From contig JAERTI010000043.1 of the NCBI GenBank assembly GCA_016844925.1, positions 197,110 to 261,109 on the forward strand: a stretch of DNA of 64,000 nt, written 5' to 3'. Below, piece after piece: positions 27,785 to 37,542 of the stretch. Each line of letters opens with the position of its first letter. Position 1 is the first letter of the stretch. The notes under the pieces are model-generated. The model had not been told where the DNA came from, searched no databases, and worked only from the letters and a program-made list of their open reading frames with translations. A program made the position numbers and the translations under genes. This DNA is from Candidatus Uhrbacteria bacterium. Lineage in GTDB: Bacteria; Patescibacteriota; Patescibacteriia; UBA9934; GWF2-40-263.

Positions 27785-30166
27785 ATGCCTTACGACCATC
27801 AATCGATTGAAAAAAAGTGGCAAGAAGTCTGGGAGAAATCTCAGGAAGGGCGCGTGGACGATTCAGGGACCGACGCGCTTTATTATTTGATCATGTTCCC
27901 GTACCCCTCTGGGGCGGGGTTGCACGTGGGTCACGTTGAGTCGTACTCAGCGGTAGACATCGTTTCGCGCATGGAGCGCATGCGTGGCAAGAAGGTGTTG
28001 TTCCCCATCGGGTATGACGCATTTGGTTTGCCAGCGGAGAACTACGCGATCAAGACCGGTGTGCATCCGGCGCAGACAACGCAGACAGCGATCAATACAT
28101 TCCGCAAACAGCTCAAGTCCATCGGACTGTCATTCGACTGGGATCGAGAGATCTCCACGGCGGATCCGTCATACTACAAATGGACCCAGTGGCTGTTTTT
28201 GTTGTTTTACAAAAATGGACTTGCCTACCGAGCCAAGTCTCCGGTGAACTGGTGCACGGGGTGTAATACCGTGCTTGCGAATGAGCAGGTTGTTGATGGT
28301 GTTTGTGAGCGTTGTAAGAATGAAGTGATTCAGAAAGAGCTCGAGCAGTGGTTCTTTAAGATTACGGACTATGCCGAGCGGCTCTTAGCAGGTCTTGATA
28401 CGGTCGACTGGCCAGAGAAGATCAAAGCCATGCAACGCAACTGGATCGGAAAGAGCGTTGGAGCAACGGTCGACTTTCAGCTCGATGGACGCGACGATAA
28501 GGTAACGGTATTCACCACTCGACCTGACACCCTCTACGGCGCTACCTACATGGTGCTCGCTCCTGAGCACGCGCTCGTCGAACAAATCGTTACAGACGAC
28601 CAGCGCGCCGAGGTGGAAGCGTATCGCGTTGCAGCAGGGAAGAAGTCCGCGCTGGAGCGCACCGAGCTGCAGAAAGAAAAGTCAGGTGTGTTCACCGGGG
28701 CGTACGCCATCAACCCTGTAAACGATGAGAAGATCCCTGTCTGGGTGGCAGATTACGTGATGGTTACCTACGGCACAGGTGCAATTATGGCCGTGCCAGC
28801 ACACGATGAACGTGATCATGAGTTTGCGGTGAAGTATGATATTTCGATTAAGGAAGTTGTTCAGGCTCCTGAGGAGGTCGAAGGATGTTTTACTGGTGAA
28901 GGTGTGGCGATTAACTCTGGAATCCTCGACGGACTCAGCACAGTCGATGCGAAGGCAAAAATGATCGAGCACCTCGAACAGAATGGAATCGGAGGGGCGA
29001 AGACTACCTACCGCATCCGTGACTGGCTTGTTTCTCGTCAGCGTTACTGGGGGGCACCGATTCCGATTATTTGGTGTGAGAGTTGTGGTCCACAAGCCGC
29101 CCCTGAGGAGCAGCTGCCTGTGCAGCTGCCTGACGATGTGGACTTTAAGCCAACAGGAGAGTCGCCATTGGTTGGTTCTAAGACCTTCCATGAGGTCACT
29201 TGTCCTGCATGTAGTGCACCTGCTCGCCGGGAGTCTGACACGATGGACACCTTCGTGGACTCCTCATGGTACTACTTGCGCTACTGCGACCCGCACAATG
29301 ATGAAGCGTTTGCTGCACGTGAGAAGCTTGATCACTGGTGTCCTGTCGATCTCTACGTTGGTGGAGCAGAGCACGCAGTGATGCACTTGCTGTACGCACG
29401 ATTCTTTTCTTATGCACTTCATGATCTTGGATACGTCGGCTATGAGGAGCCGTTCATGAAGCTGCGCAACCAAGGTCTTATCCTCGGGCCAGATGGTGAC
29501 AAGATGAGTAAGTCCAAGGGGAACGTGGTGAATCCTGATGAGGTGGTGAGTCAGTACGGCGCCGATGCGATTCGGTTGTACGAGATGTTCCTTGGGCCAC
29601 TGGAAGACGCTAAGCCGTGGGACACCAAGGGTGTTGTGGGAGTACGTCGGTTTCTGGAAAAAGTTTGGAAGTTGCAGAACAAGCTCGGCGAGGCACCTGT
29701 CGAGGGGCTCGAGACTCAATTGCACAAGACGATTAAGAAAGTCACGAGTGACTTTGAGGAGCTTCGGTTTAACACGGCGATTGCTAAGCTCATGGAGCTG
29801 ACGAATGCTATGACCGCTACTGAGAGTGTTGGCCGCGATCAGTACAAGATTCTCGTGCAACTCCTCGCACCACTTGCTCCGCACCTTGGTGAGGAGCTGT
29901 GGCAGGTGTTGGGTCATGAGGGGTCTGTCTTTGCATCAACTTGGCCAACGTACGATGAGAGCAAGACCGTCGATGATGTGATTCGAATGGCCGTGCAGGT
30001 GAATGGAAAAGTTCGTGGTTCACTCATGGTGGCTCCAGACGCTGCAGAGGATGCTGTGCTCACCGCCGCGCGTGCTGATGAGAACGTGGCAAAGCACCTT
30101 GAGGGCAAGGAGACGGTAAAGGTGATTTACGTTGCCGGAAGGATTTTGAATATTGTGGTGAAATAG
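27785..30166 (+). CDS. leuS: Leucyl-tRNA synthetase
   Basis: HVGHVESY (HIGH) and KMSKS motifs; 793 aa. Confidence 0.9.
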   Translation: MPYDHQSIEKKWQEVWEKSQEGRVDDSGTDALYYLIMFPYPSGAGLHVGHVESYSAVDIVSRMERMRGKKVLFPIGYDAFGLPAENYAIKTGVHPAQTTQTAINTFRKQLKSIGLSFDWDREISTADPSYYKWTQWLFLLFYKNGLAYRAKSPVNWCTGCNTVLANEQVVDGVCERCKNEVIQKELEQWFFKITDYAERLLAGLDTVDWPEKIKAMQRNWIGKSVGATVDFQLDGRDDKVTVFTTRPDTLYGATYMVLAPEHALVEQIVTDDQRAEVEAYRVAAGKKSALERTELQKEKSGVFTGAYAINPVNDEKIPVWVADYVMVTYGTGAIMAVPAHDERDHEFAVKYDISIKEVVQAPEEVEGCFTGEGVAINSGILDGLSTVDAKAKMIEHLEQNGIGGAKTTYRIRDWLVSRQRYWGAPIPIIWCESCGPQAAPEEQLPVQLPDDVDFKPTGESPLVGSKTFHEVTCPACSAPARRESDTMDTFVDSSWYYLRYCDPHNDEAFAAREKLDHWCPVDLYVGGAEHAVMHLLYARFFSYALHDLGYVGYEEPFMKLRNQGLILGPDGDKMSKSKGNVVNPDEVVSQYGADAIRLYEMFLGPLEDAKPWDTKGVVGVRRFLEKVWKLQNKLGEAPVEGLETQLHKTIKKVTSDFEELRFNTAIAKLMELTNAMTATESVGRDQYKILVQLLAPLAPHLGEELWQVLGHEGSVFASTWPTYDESKTVDDVIRMAVQVNGKVRGSLMVAPDAAEDAVLTAARADENVAKHLEGKETVKVIYVAGRILNIVVK

Positions 30167-30168
30167 TT

Positions 30169-30735
30169 ATGGAAGGTGTTCCCAAGGATGCAAAGAAGGT
30201 TTTTGGTGGCGTGCTTTTTGATGTCTATCAGTGGGATCAGGAGATGTACGATGGCAGCATGGCTGTATTCGAGCGGCTCAATCGGCCAAATACTGTAGAG
30301 ACCGTTCTTGTGACGCCAGAGAATAAGATCATCATTGAACGACAGCGACAGCCGGATAGGGAAGACTGGTTTCTCTCTAGTGTTGGTGGAAGGATTGATG
30401 AGGGAGAAGATCCACTTGTGGCTGCCAAGCGAGAAGTGTTAGAGGAATCTGGATATGAATCAGACGATTGGGAGCTTCTCCATGTCTGGCGTCCGACGAG
30501 TAAGATTCTTTGGGACGATTATGTGTATGTGGCTCGTGGAGCACAAAAGGTTCAGGAGCAGGAGCTCGATGGGGGCGAACAGATTGAGCTTATGGAGGTG
30601 AGTTTTGATGAGCTGCTCGATTTGATTGATTCCAGGGAGCTCTCGGGATTCTCACAGATCTTTCGTGAGATGTGCATCCGTGCAAAGTACGATAAGCCTA
30701 GCTATGAAGACTTAAAGAAAACGATTCTTGGATAA
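30169..30735 (+). CDS. Nudix hydrolase
   Basis: Nudix box GGRIDEGEDPLVAAKREVLEESG; the start is 3 nt after the leuS stop. Confidence 0.75.
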   Translation: MEGVPKDAKKVFGGVLFDVYQWDQEMYDGSMAVFERLNRPNTVETVLVTPENKIIIERQRQPDREDWFLSSVGGRIDEGEDPLVAAKREVLEESGYESDDWELLHVWRPTSKILWDDYVYVARGAQKVQEQELDGGEQIELMEVSFDELLDLIDSRELSGFSQIFREMCIRAKYDKPSYEDLKKTILG

Positions 30736-30775
30736 GAAGAACTGCCCGTACGGGCGGTTTTTTGTTTGGGAATGT

Positions 30776-30825
30776 AAAAACCCATCGCTTGAGTGAGACG
30801 TCGTGTGTCTCGCTGTTGCGATGGG
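30776..30825. repeat. Nested palindromic element (copy 1), terminator-like
   Basis: aaaaacccatcgc ... gagac-gtcgtgt-gtctc ... gcgatggg; related to copy 2 at 31678. Confidence 0.4.
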
Positions 30826-30832
30826 GTGCGTC

Positions 30833-31576
30833 CTAGCCGGCCTTCTCCTGGGGGAGTTCGGTCTTGTAGAGGACCTTGCCGGTCAGGGGGTTGCAGACGG
30901 TGCCGTCGTCGATGGCGCCGTAGCTCCAGAACGGGTCGTTCGGGTCGTCGCCGCGAGCGCCGTAGTTCCAGAAGTGGATGTTGTCTCCGCGCTGGACCGT
31001 GAACTGGTCCTTGCGGGTCCGCGCGCGAGCGACGCCGGACTGGACGTTCTCGGGCAGGGCCATGCCGGGGCGGATGTTGAGCAGCGCGATGAGCAGGTCA
31101 CCGCGGCTGGTACGCGCCCTCCCGATCAGGGTGACCTTGCGGGTCATGGGCGCGGGAGCGTTGGTGACCACGGGAGCGCGCAGGGCGGCGTGGAGCTCGG
31201 TCATGCGGCTGATGAGCGGCTTGGCCAGGTCCAGCTCGCCGGTCACCAGCGTGCGGCCCTCGTGCCACCGCAGCTCGGCGGAGGGGTCTCCGTCGCGCAG
31301 GGCGATGGTGGTCCAGCCGATCAGGTCCGAGTGCTCGATCTCCAGGGCGAACACCTTGCCCTTGTTCTCGGTCGCGATGCGCTGGAGCGGCTTGAGGACC
31401 ACGTCCTTGAACCACTTGCTGTCCAGCAGCTCCGGGAGGGTCATCCAGCGAGCGAACATGCCCGCGACGGGCTTGCCGGCCTGCTTGAACCCCCTCTCGT
31501 TGATCATTCGCTTGTGGGACATCTCGACCGTGACGATGATGTCCTTTCCTCCGGCGGTGAACACGCGCGGCTTCAT
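30833..31576 (-). CDS. Hypothetical protein (high GC)
   Basis: 247-aa ORF, no family recognised. Confidence 0.4.
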   Translation of the reverse strand: MKPRVFTAGGKDIIVTVEMSHKRMINERGFKQAGKPVAGMFARWMTLPELLDSKWFKDVVLKPLQRIATENKGKVFALEIEHSDLIGWTTIALRDGDPSAELRWHEGRTLVTGELDLAKPLISRMTELHAALRAPVVTNAPAPMTRKVTLIGRARTSRGDLLIALLNIRPGMALPENVQSGVARARTRKDQFTVQRGDNIHFWNYGARGDDPNDPFWSYGAIDDGTVCNPLTGKVLYKTELPQEKAG

Positions 31577-31677
31577 CTGCTAACTCCTGTCAGGGTACAT
31601 GTCACAGGCGGAGCGCATCTCGGCCCATGAACGCAGCAGAATAGCAGAATGAGTGGAAATGTCAATGGAAAAGAAGA

Positions 31678-31729
31678 GACCCATCGCACGCGATGAGACT
31701 CTTCTTGTCTCGTCGACGTGCGATGGGTC
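31678..31729. repeat. Nested palindromic element (copy 2)
   Basis: gacccatcgcacg ... gagac-tcttcttgtctc ... cgtgcgatgggtc. Confidence 0.4.
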
Positions 31730-31752
31730 GCGTTAGGGGTTGGTTGTGGCCT

Positions 31753-32469
31753 CTACTTGAGGCCCATGGAGCTGGTGCGGGTGGTCCACTCGCCGATCTC
31801 GTAGACGCGGTACTCCATCAGGCGGGCGTTCCACTGCGCGCACTGGGTGGAGTTCAGCTCCGCCGAGAGGTTGCCCTCGCAGGAGAACTGGAGCGGGATC
31901 TTGTGGTTCGACTCCGCACCCTCAACCCAGAACAGCGCGACCTCCACCTTCACAGCTTCGCCGGAGAGTCCGGTGATGCTGAGGTTGGTGACGTTCGTGC
32001 TGAAGCTGGAGAACATGCCATCCTCCACGACCATCGTCTCCTGGCCGTCCACGTAGTGGACGCTGTCGAGACCGTTCACACGAATGGCGATCCGCGTCGC
32101 CTCCTTGCTCGGGAGGCCGTAGTGGAACCAGCGGATGTCGCCGAAGTCGAGCGTCTGCGACCCTTGCCCCATGTCGATGGTGAGGGGCTTGTAGGGCTTG
32201 GTCATCGGGCCGCGCGCGAACTCGGGCCAGTTCACGTCGTGGTTCTTGACCGTGACCGCGGACTGGTCGTCGTTGAACAGGTCGACGCGCACCACGCCGC
32301 GCATCTCGTCGCAGATGCGACCGAAGTTCATCTCGGCCGTGACCGCGGGGTCGATGCAGTACTGGTTGTAGGCGTTCTGCGGGTTCTGCACCGCCGGTCC
32401 TCGGTCGTAGCCACCCGCGAGGGCGACGCTGGAAACGAGGATGGCGATCAAGCTGCTGATGTAGCGCAT
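31753..32469 (-). CDS. Secreted hypothetical protein (signal peptide)
   Basis: N-terminus MRYISSLIAILVSSVALAGG looks like a signal peptide; high GC. Confidence 0.5.
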   Translation of the reverse strand: MRYISSLIAILVSSVALAGGYDRGPAVQNPQNAYNQYCIDPAVTAEMNFGRICDEMRGVVRVDLFNDDQSAVTVKNHDVNWPEFARGPMTKPYKPLTIDMGQGSQTLDFGDIRWFHYGLPSKEATRIAIRVNGLDSVHYVDGQETMVVEDGMFSSFSTNVTNLSITGLSGEAVKVEVALFWVEGAESNHKIPLQFSCEGNLSAELNSTQCAQWNARLMEYRVYEIGEWTTRTSSMGLK

Positions 32470-32712
32470 GGAGTCCTCCGATGTGCGCAGTGAAACGATG
32501 GGCTTGAGGAGTTGTCCCTCATGAAAAATCCCGTAAAACAGACATTCGTGGAAAATCGCTGCTTAACGGGACCCTCCTTACTGTGAATTATGACAGAAAA
32601 AGATAGCATAAAATAGGTGTTTTGTCAATAGAATTAGGTAAAAAAACCCATAAAAAGTGGGTATAAAAAGCGTCTTTATTATTGCTTCGTTCTCTGTTAA
32701 ACTCTCTTCACT

Positions 32713-34038
32713 ATGAATCTTGTCATGATTGGAACAGGCTATGTGGGCCTGACGACCGGGGTCGGATTTGCGAGTCTCGGACACAATGTTGCGTGCGTTG
32801 ATGTCAACGCAGAAAAGATTGCCCAGCTTGATATGGGGAAGGTGCCGTTCTATGAGCCGGGCGTTCAGGACGCTCTGACCATGGTTCAAGAGCAGGGAAA
32901 GATTGTGTTCACCACGGACCTGAAAAGCGTCATTGGTGGTGCGGACATCATCATGCTTGCTGTGGGGACGCCATCGACACGAACTGGTGAGGCGAACCTT
33001 GAATATTTATTCTCTGCCGCAGAACAGGTTGGATCGCTCTTGGATCACGAGGCAGTGATTGTGACCAAGTCGACCGTTCCCGTTGGAACAAACCGTCTTG
33101 TTCTTGAGAAGGTGCGTAAGGGGATGTCAGAGGCTGGTCGCGCAGAGCTCACGAGTCTCATCAACATCGTTTCTCTCCCAGAGTTTCTCCGAGAGGGAAC
33201 AGCCTTTGAAGATTTTCACAACCCAGACCGTGTCGTGATTGGTGCGGACGATGAGATTGCGGCACAGACCGTTGCCAAGCTCCATGAGGGTCTTGATGCC
33301 CCTCATGTCATTACAAAACTCGAGTCTGCAGAGCTCATCAAGTACGCAGCTAATGCTTTGCTCGCTACTAAGATTAGCTTCATCAACGAGATCGCCAACC
33401 TGGCTGAGCGCGTCGGAGCGGATGTACGTGATGTGGCAGAGGGGATTGGGCTTGATAAGCGCATCGGACCGCACTTTCTGCGTGCCGGTGTAGGCTATGG
33501 CGGTTCTTGTTTTCCAAAGGACGTGAGTGCGCTTGCACAGCTCGGTGGGGCTAAGGGGTATACCTTTAAGCTTCTCTCCAGTGTGATCGAGGTAAACAAT
33601 CGCCAACGAGAAATTTTCTTTAAACGTATTTTGGACGAGCTCGGTGGTGTGAAGGGGCGCCGTATCGCCGTCTGGGGGCTGGCGTTCAAGCCGGACACGG
33701 ATGATATTCGTGAGAGCGCTGGTGTTGATATCGCGCAGCGTCTACATGCCCATGGTGCAGACTTAGCGGTGTATGATCCGCAGGCCATGAACAACACACG
33801 GCGTGTGCTCTCCGATCACGTTGAGTTCACTACCACAGCCATGGATGCAGCGCGCGGGGCTGAGGCACTCATTGTGCTGACAGAGTGGCCGGAGTTTAAG
33901 GAGGTGTCGTTTGAGATGTTGCGAGAGAATATGGTTGGTCAGCATATTTTTGACGGACGAAATCATTTCGCGGATATGGATCTGCATAAGAGAGGGTTCT
34001 GTTACCAGGGGGTCGGACTTGGAACTTGTGCGAGTTAA
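32713..34038 (+). CDS. ugd: UDP-glucose 6-dehydrogenase
   Basis: IGTGYVGL NAD motif and GGSCFPKD catalytic Cys motif. Confidence 0.85.
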   Translation: MNLVMIGTGYVGLTTGVGFASLGHNVACVDVNAEKIAQLDMGKVPFYEPGVQDALTMVQEQGKIVFTTDLKSVIGGADIIMLAVGTPSTRTGEANLEYLFSAAEQVGSLLDHEAVIVTKSTVPVGTNRLVLEKVRKGMSEAGRAELTSLINIVSLPEFLREGTAFEDFHNPDRVVIGADDEIAAQTVAKLHEGLDAPHVITKLESAELIKYAANALLATKISFINEIANLAERVGADVRDVAEGIGLDKRIGPHFLRAGVGYGGSCFPKDVSALAQLGGAKGYTFKLLSSVIEVNNRQREIFFKRILDELGGVKGRRIAVWGLAFKPDTDDIRESAGVDIAQRLHAHGADLAVYDPQAMNNTRRVLSDHVEFTTTAMDAARGAEALIVLTEWPEFKEVSFEMLRENMVGQHIFDGRNHFADMDLHKRGFCYQGVGLGTCAS

Positions 34039-35506
34039 GACCATCATCAATTCACCATCAAAAACACTCGCCAGCGCTCTGGCGGTGTTTTGTTTTGGTA
34101 TAGCGTTGGGGCCATTGGTTCCTGCCACGTGGTGGGAGGGGCTTCTGGTGGCAACGATTGGTTCGATAGCCGTCGCAAGCTTTCTGAAGCGACGAGATCT
34201 TCGATTCATCTTTGTGCTCATGGCAGTCTTGTTCTTTGCCTTATTTCGTTTCACCCAAGCAAGCTTGCCTTCACATGTTTCAACGGTTGCCGATGCGCCG
34301 AGCTCTGAGATTCGTGTCTCAGGTGTGATCGATGCGGAGGTTGAGCGTCGCGTTGGGAAACAGCGGCTTGTACTCGATCAGGTTGCGCTTGCTGATGAGT
34401 CGCGTGCTGGTCGTCTGCTTGTGTGGGCGCCGCTGTATCCCGAATTACGTTACGGCGACGAGTTGGTGTTTAACTGTCGGGTAGAGGCACCAGAGCCCTT
34501 TGAGGGGTTTGCCTACGACCGTTTTCTTGCGAGCCAAGGAATTCTAGGTGTGTGTTACCGTCCAGCGTACATCGATGTTCAACCAAACGAATCGTTCTCT
34601 CTAGTTGGTAGCATTCTTTCATTCAAGCGCGCCGCGATTGATACGCTCGAGCAAATAACTCCCGAGCCCCACGCTTCGTTCCTGGCTGGTCTCATTTTTG
34701 GTGGAAGCTCCTCGCTCTCGCCTGAGCTCAAGGATGATTTTTCTACCACAGGTACCTCTCATATTCTTGCGGCCTCCGGATTCAACGTCTCGTTATTCTC
34801 GTTGATATTTCTAAGCTGGATTCTCTCAACGAGTCTTGGACGTCGTCGTGCGCTCATCCTAACGAGCGTTCTGATTGCTGCTTATGTTGTTATCGCCGGA
34901 GCTACACCTGCGGTCGTACGCGCTGGCCTGATGGGTGGGGTGGTGATCATCTCCCACACCGTGAACCGAAAACAATCGCTTCTCAATGTGATGCTGGCAG
35001 CGGCCGCGCTGATGCTCCTCATGAATCCGCTTATCTTGCACGCTGACGTCGGGTTCCAGCTTTCGTTTGTGGCAACGGCTGCGGTACTTGGTCTAACCAA
35101 GCCCATCGAGAAGCATCTTTCCTTTATTCCAAAACAGTTCGAACTCCGCACGTCTTTTGCTGCCTCACTGGCAGCGATCGTACTCACACTCCCGATCATG
35201 CTTTGGCACTTTGGCGGATTATCACTCATCGCGCCGCTGGCTAACCTGCTCGTCCTCCCGTTTGTTGTCTATGCCATGGGGGCAACGCTCATTGCTCTCG
35301 CGCTCTCACTCGTTTCTCTTCCTCTTGCAACCTGGATAGCTCTGCCTGCCTGGAGTCTTTCGTCCATTATGCTCTGGTTCATTGTTACGCTTGGTGCGGT
35401 TCCGCTGGCAGCGGTTGAATTTGCACACGCACGTCTTTTGGCATTCGTGCTCGCAGCGCTCTACTTCTTATTCTGGTTTCACAAGCGGTATGCGCGCGCC
35501 AGCTAA
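33911..35506 (+). CDS. comEC: ComEC/Rec2 competence-channel domain protein (real start probably near or after the ugd stop)
   Basis: Multi-TM protein with the ComEC core (SHILAASGFNVS...); the ORF overlaps the ugd 3' end, so the start is uncertain. Confidence 0.6.
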   Translation: MRCCERIWLVSIFLTDEIISRIWICIREGSVTRGSDLELVRVKTIINSPSKTLASALAVFCFGIALGPLVPATWWEGLLVATIGSIAVASFLKRRDLRFIFVLMAVLFFALFRFTQASLPSHVSTVADAPSSEIRVSGVIDAEVERRVGKQRLVLDQVALADESRAGRLLVWAPLYPELRYGDELVFNCRVEAPEPFEGFAYDRFLASQGILGVCYRPAYIDVQPNESFSLVGSILSFKRAAIDTLEQITPEPHASFLAGLIFGGSSSLSPELKDDFSTTGTSHILAASGFNVSLFSLIFLSWILSTSLGRRRALILTSVLIAAYVVIAGATPAVVRAGLMGGVVIISHTVNRKQSLLNVMLAAAALMLLMNPLILHADVGFQLSFVATAAVLGLTKPIEKHLSFIPKQFELRTSFAASLAAIVLTLPIMLWHFGGLSLIAPLANLLVLPFVVYAMGATLIALALSLVSLPLATWIALPAWSLSSIMLWFIVTLGAVPLAAVEFAHARLLAFVLAALYFLFWFHKRYARAS

Positions 35507-36389
35507 GCCTCACTACGTCACGCGAAAGCGACTCAGAGAAGCGGCACTGGTTCTTGGGGCGATCCTCGTCTCTTTGGTACTTTGGTTTGTTTCCGTTGAT
35601 CCATCACTGCCCTGGGAGGATAAACCGCTGCGGATGTGGATGTTGGATGTTGGGCAAGGGGATGCCATCTTCTTTCAGCTTCCGACGGGCGAGGAGTTGC
35701 TTATCGATGGTGGGCGATCGAGTCAGGTGCTCTCAAAACTTAGTACCATTTTGCCGCCGTGGGACAGTCATCTCGACGCCCTGGTCTTAACACACACAGA
35801 CGCAGATCATGTCACGGGTTTGGTGAGTGTGCTCGAGGTATTTGATATAGATGTCCTTATGGATACGGGGCATGAGGGGCAGACAGCGGTCGCACAGCAA
35901 TGGAGCGAAGATCATGGTATTGCCAGACGTACGCTCAAGGCCGGGGATGTGCTTGAGTATGGTGAGGTAGTGATTCGAGTCTTGTGGCCAAGCGATGAGG
36001 GCTACGCATCGCTCGAAACAAACGAAAGAAACGACCTGTCCCTGGTGCTCCACGTGGTGTACGGAGAGACATCTCTGCTGCTCACGGGGGATGCAGAAGA
36101 GGCCGTGGAAGAGGTGCTCTCCGCGTTCGTTCCTGATGTGGATGTGCTCAAGGTGGGACACCATGGGTCACTGACATCCACGAGCTGGTCACTCCTTGAT
36201 ACGGCGCTTCCAGAGTACGCCCTCATCGGTGTTGGTGAAGATAATAGCTATGGCCATCCACATCCCATTATCCTTTCACGCTTATCGGAGGTTGGGGCAA
36301 CGGTATTTAGGACAGATCTAGATGGAACGATTCTCGTGGAGAGCTATGGAGACGAGCCAACGGTAGCCCCACATCCCTTGCCGTTCTAG
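35490..36389 (+). CDS. Metallo-beta-lactamase-fold protein (ComEC C-terminal domain as a separate ORF)
   Basis: LTHTDADHVTG and VGHHGS motifs, N-terminal TM helix; in a different frame from the upstream comEC ORF. Confidence 0.6.
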   Translation: MRAPAKPHYVTRKRLREAALVLGAILVSLVLWFVSVDPSLPWEDKPLRMWMLDVGQGDAIFFQLPTGEELLIDGGRSSQVLSKLSTILPPWDSHLDALVLTHTDADHVTGLVSVLEVFDIDVLMDTGHEGQTAVAQQWSEDHGIARRTLKAGDVLEYGEVVIRVLWPSDEGYASLETNERNDLSLVLHVVYGETSLLLTGDAEEAVEEVLSAFVPDVDVLKVGHHGSLTSTSWSLLDTALPEYALIGVGEDNSYGHPHPIILSRLSEVGATVFRTDLDGTILVESYGDEPTVAPHPLPF

Positions 36390-36433
36390 TTTAATCATGG
36401 TAGTTTTGGCGCAAAATAACGAAAGAATACATT

Positions 36434-36901
36434 ATGCCAGACACACAAAAGACCCTCGTTTTGCTTAAGCCAGATGCACTCCAGCGTGACTTGCTCGGTG
36501 ATATTGTCAGTCGCTTTGAGCGCAAGGGACTCAAGCTCGTTGGAATGAAGTTTATTCGTTTGAGCGATGAGATGCTCGATGAGCACTACGCCCATCTTTC
36601 CGACAAGCCATTCTTCGCGAGCTTGAAGCAGTTCATGATGCAGACTCCTGTGGTAGGAATGGTCCTTGAGGGATACGACGCTATCGGCGAGGTGCGAAAG
36701 ATTGTTGGTTCCACCAACCCACGTGAGGCTGACGCTGGAACCATCCGCGCAGACTTCTCCATGAACGTTCCATCTAACTTGATCCACGCATCTGATGGAG
36801 AAGAGGCAGCTGCCGCAGAGATCAAGCGTTTCTTCCAGGACGAAGAGCTCTTCCAGTACGAGAAGATCACTGATCGCTTCATCTTCGGTGAGGGAATCTA
36901 A
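36434..36901 (+). CDS. ndk: Nucleoside diphosphate kinase
   Basis: TLVLLKPDALQR ... NLIHASD. Confidence 0.9.
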   Translation: MPDTQKTLVLLKPDALQRDLLGDIVSRFERKGLKLVGMKFIRLSDEMLDEHYAHLSDKPFFASLKQFMMQTPVVGMVLEGYDAIGEVRKIVGSTNPREADAGTIRADFSMNVPSNLIHASDGEEAAAAEIKRFFQDEELFQYEKITDRFIFGEGI

Positions 36902-36904
36902 GCT

Positions 36905-37501
36905 ATGGGCGTAGAGGATGAGCGTCGGAGAGCTTGGGAGGCTCTGCAAGAGCAACGAGAAGTACTTCGTCAGTCTCTTTCAGAGAAGCTTCATGCATCC
37001 ATGGAACAACTTCTTGGTGAGCGTGTAGATATTCAACTCGATCCATCGAACCAAGAGTTGTTACCCGGCCTTGAGAAGGATTCGTTAAACGAAGAGCTTC
37101 TCACAGATATTCGTCAGTTTCTTGCCCTACTTCATGAGGATGGCTCATGGCAGGATCGAAAGAGCCAGGAGATAGAAGTTGAACACTTTCTTCAGCGTTC
37201 AGTTTTCGGTCAAGAAAATCCTGTTTGGGGTGCACGTGCTGAGTTTTCAGGAAACGACAAATATGGACTCACATTGGGTCTTGGGGATGTGGAATTGAGC
37301 CGGCTTTCCATGGAGCAGATTGTTCGAGAAGAAGCGCAGCTTGATGAGACGTGGTACGTGACACTTTATGGTGTCTATGTGCAGTCGCGACCTGAGAAGA
37401 TGGAAGATCTTGCTAAGAAGATTGCTCAGGCGGGCTTGCCACTTGATCCATGGATCCAGATCTGGTTGAAAGATCGACTCAAAGAACAAAAGACAACATA
37501 G
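36905..37501 (+). CDS. Hypothetical protein
   Basis: 198-aa acidic ORF, no family recognised. Confidence 0.4.
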   Translation: MGVEDERRRAWEALQEQREVLRQSLSEKLHASMEQLLGERVDIQLDPSNQELLPGLEKDSLNEELLTDIRQFLALLHEDGSWQDRKSQEIEVEHFLQRSVFGQENPVWGARAEFSGNDKYGLTLGLGDVELSRLSMEQIVREEAQLDETWYVTLYGVYVQSRPEKMEDLAKKIAQAGLPLDPWIQIWLKDRLKEQKTT

Positions 37502-37502
37502 A

Positions 37503-37530
37503 AAAAACAGGGCTTGACCCTGTTTTTTTG
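37503..37530 (+). terminator. Intrinsic terminator
   Basis: aaaaaacagggc-ttga-ccctgttttttt. Confidence 0.7.
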
Positions 37531-37542
37531 TTGGAGTAGGTT

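Noticed and set aside
36395-36955. 186-aa minus-strand ORF
   Set aside because: It is fully antisense to the well-supported ndk gene (NLIHASD motif) and was judged spurious.
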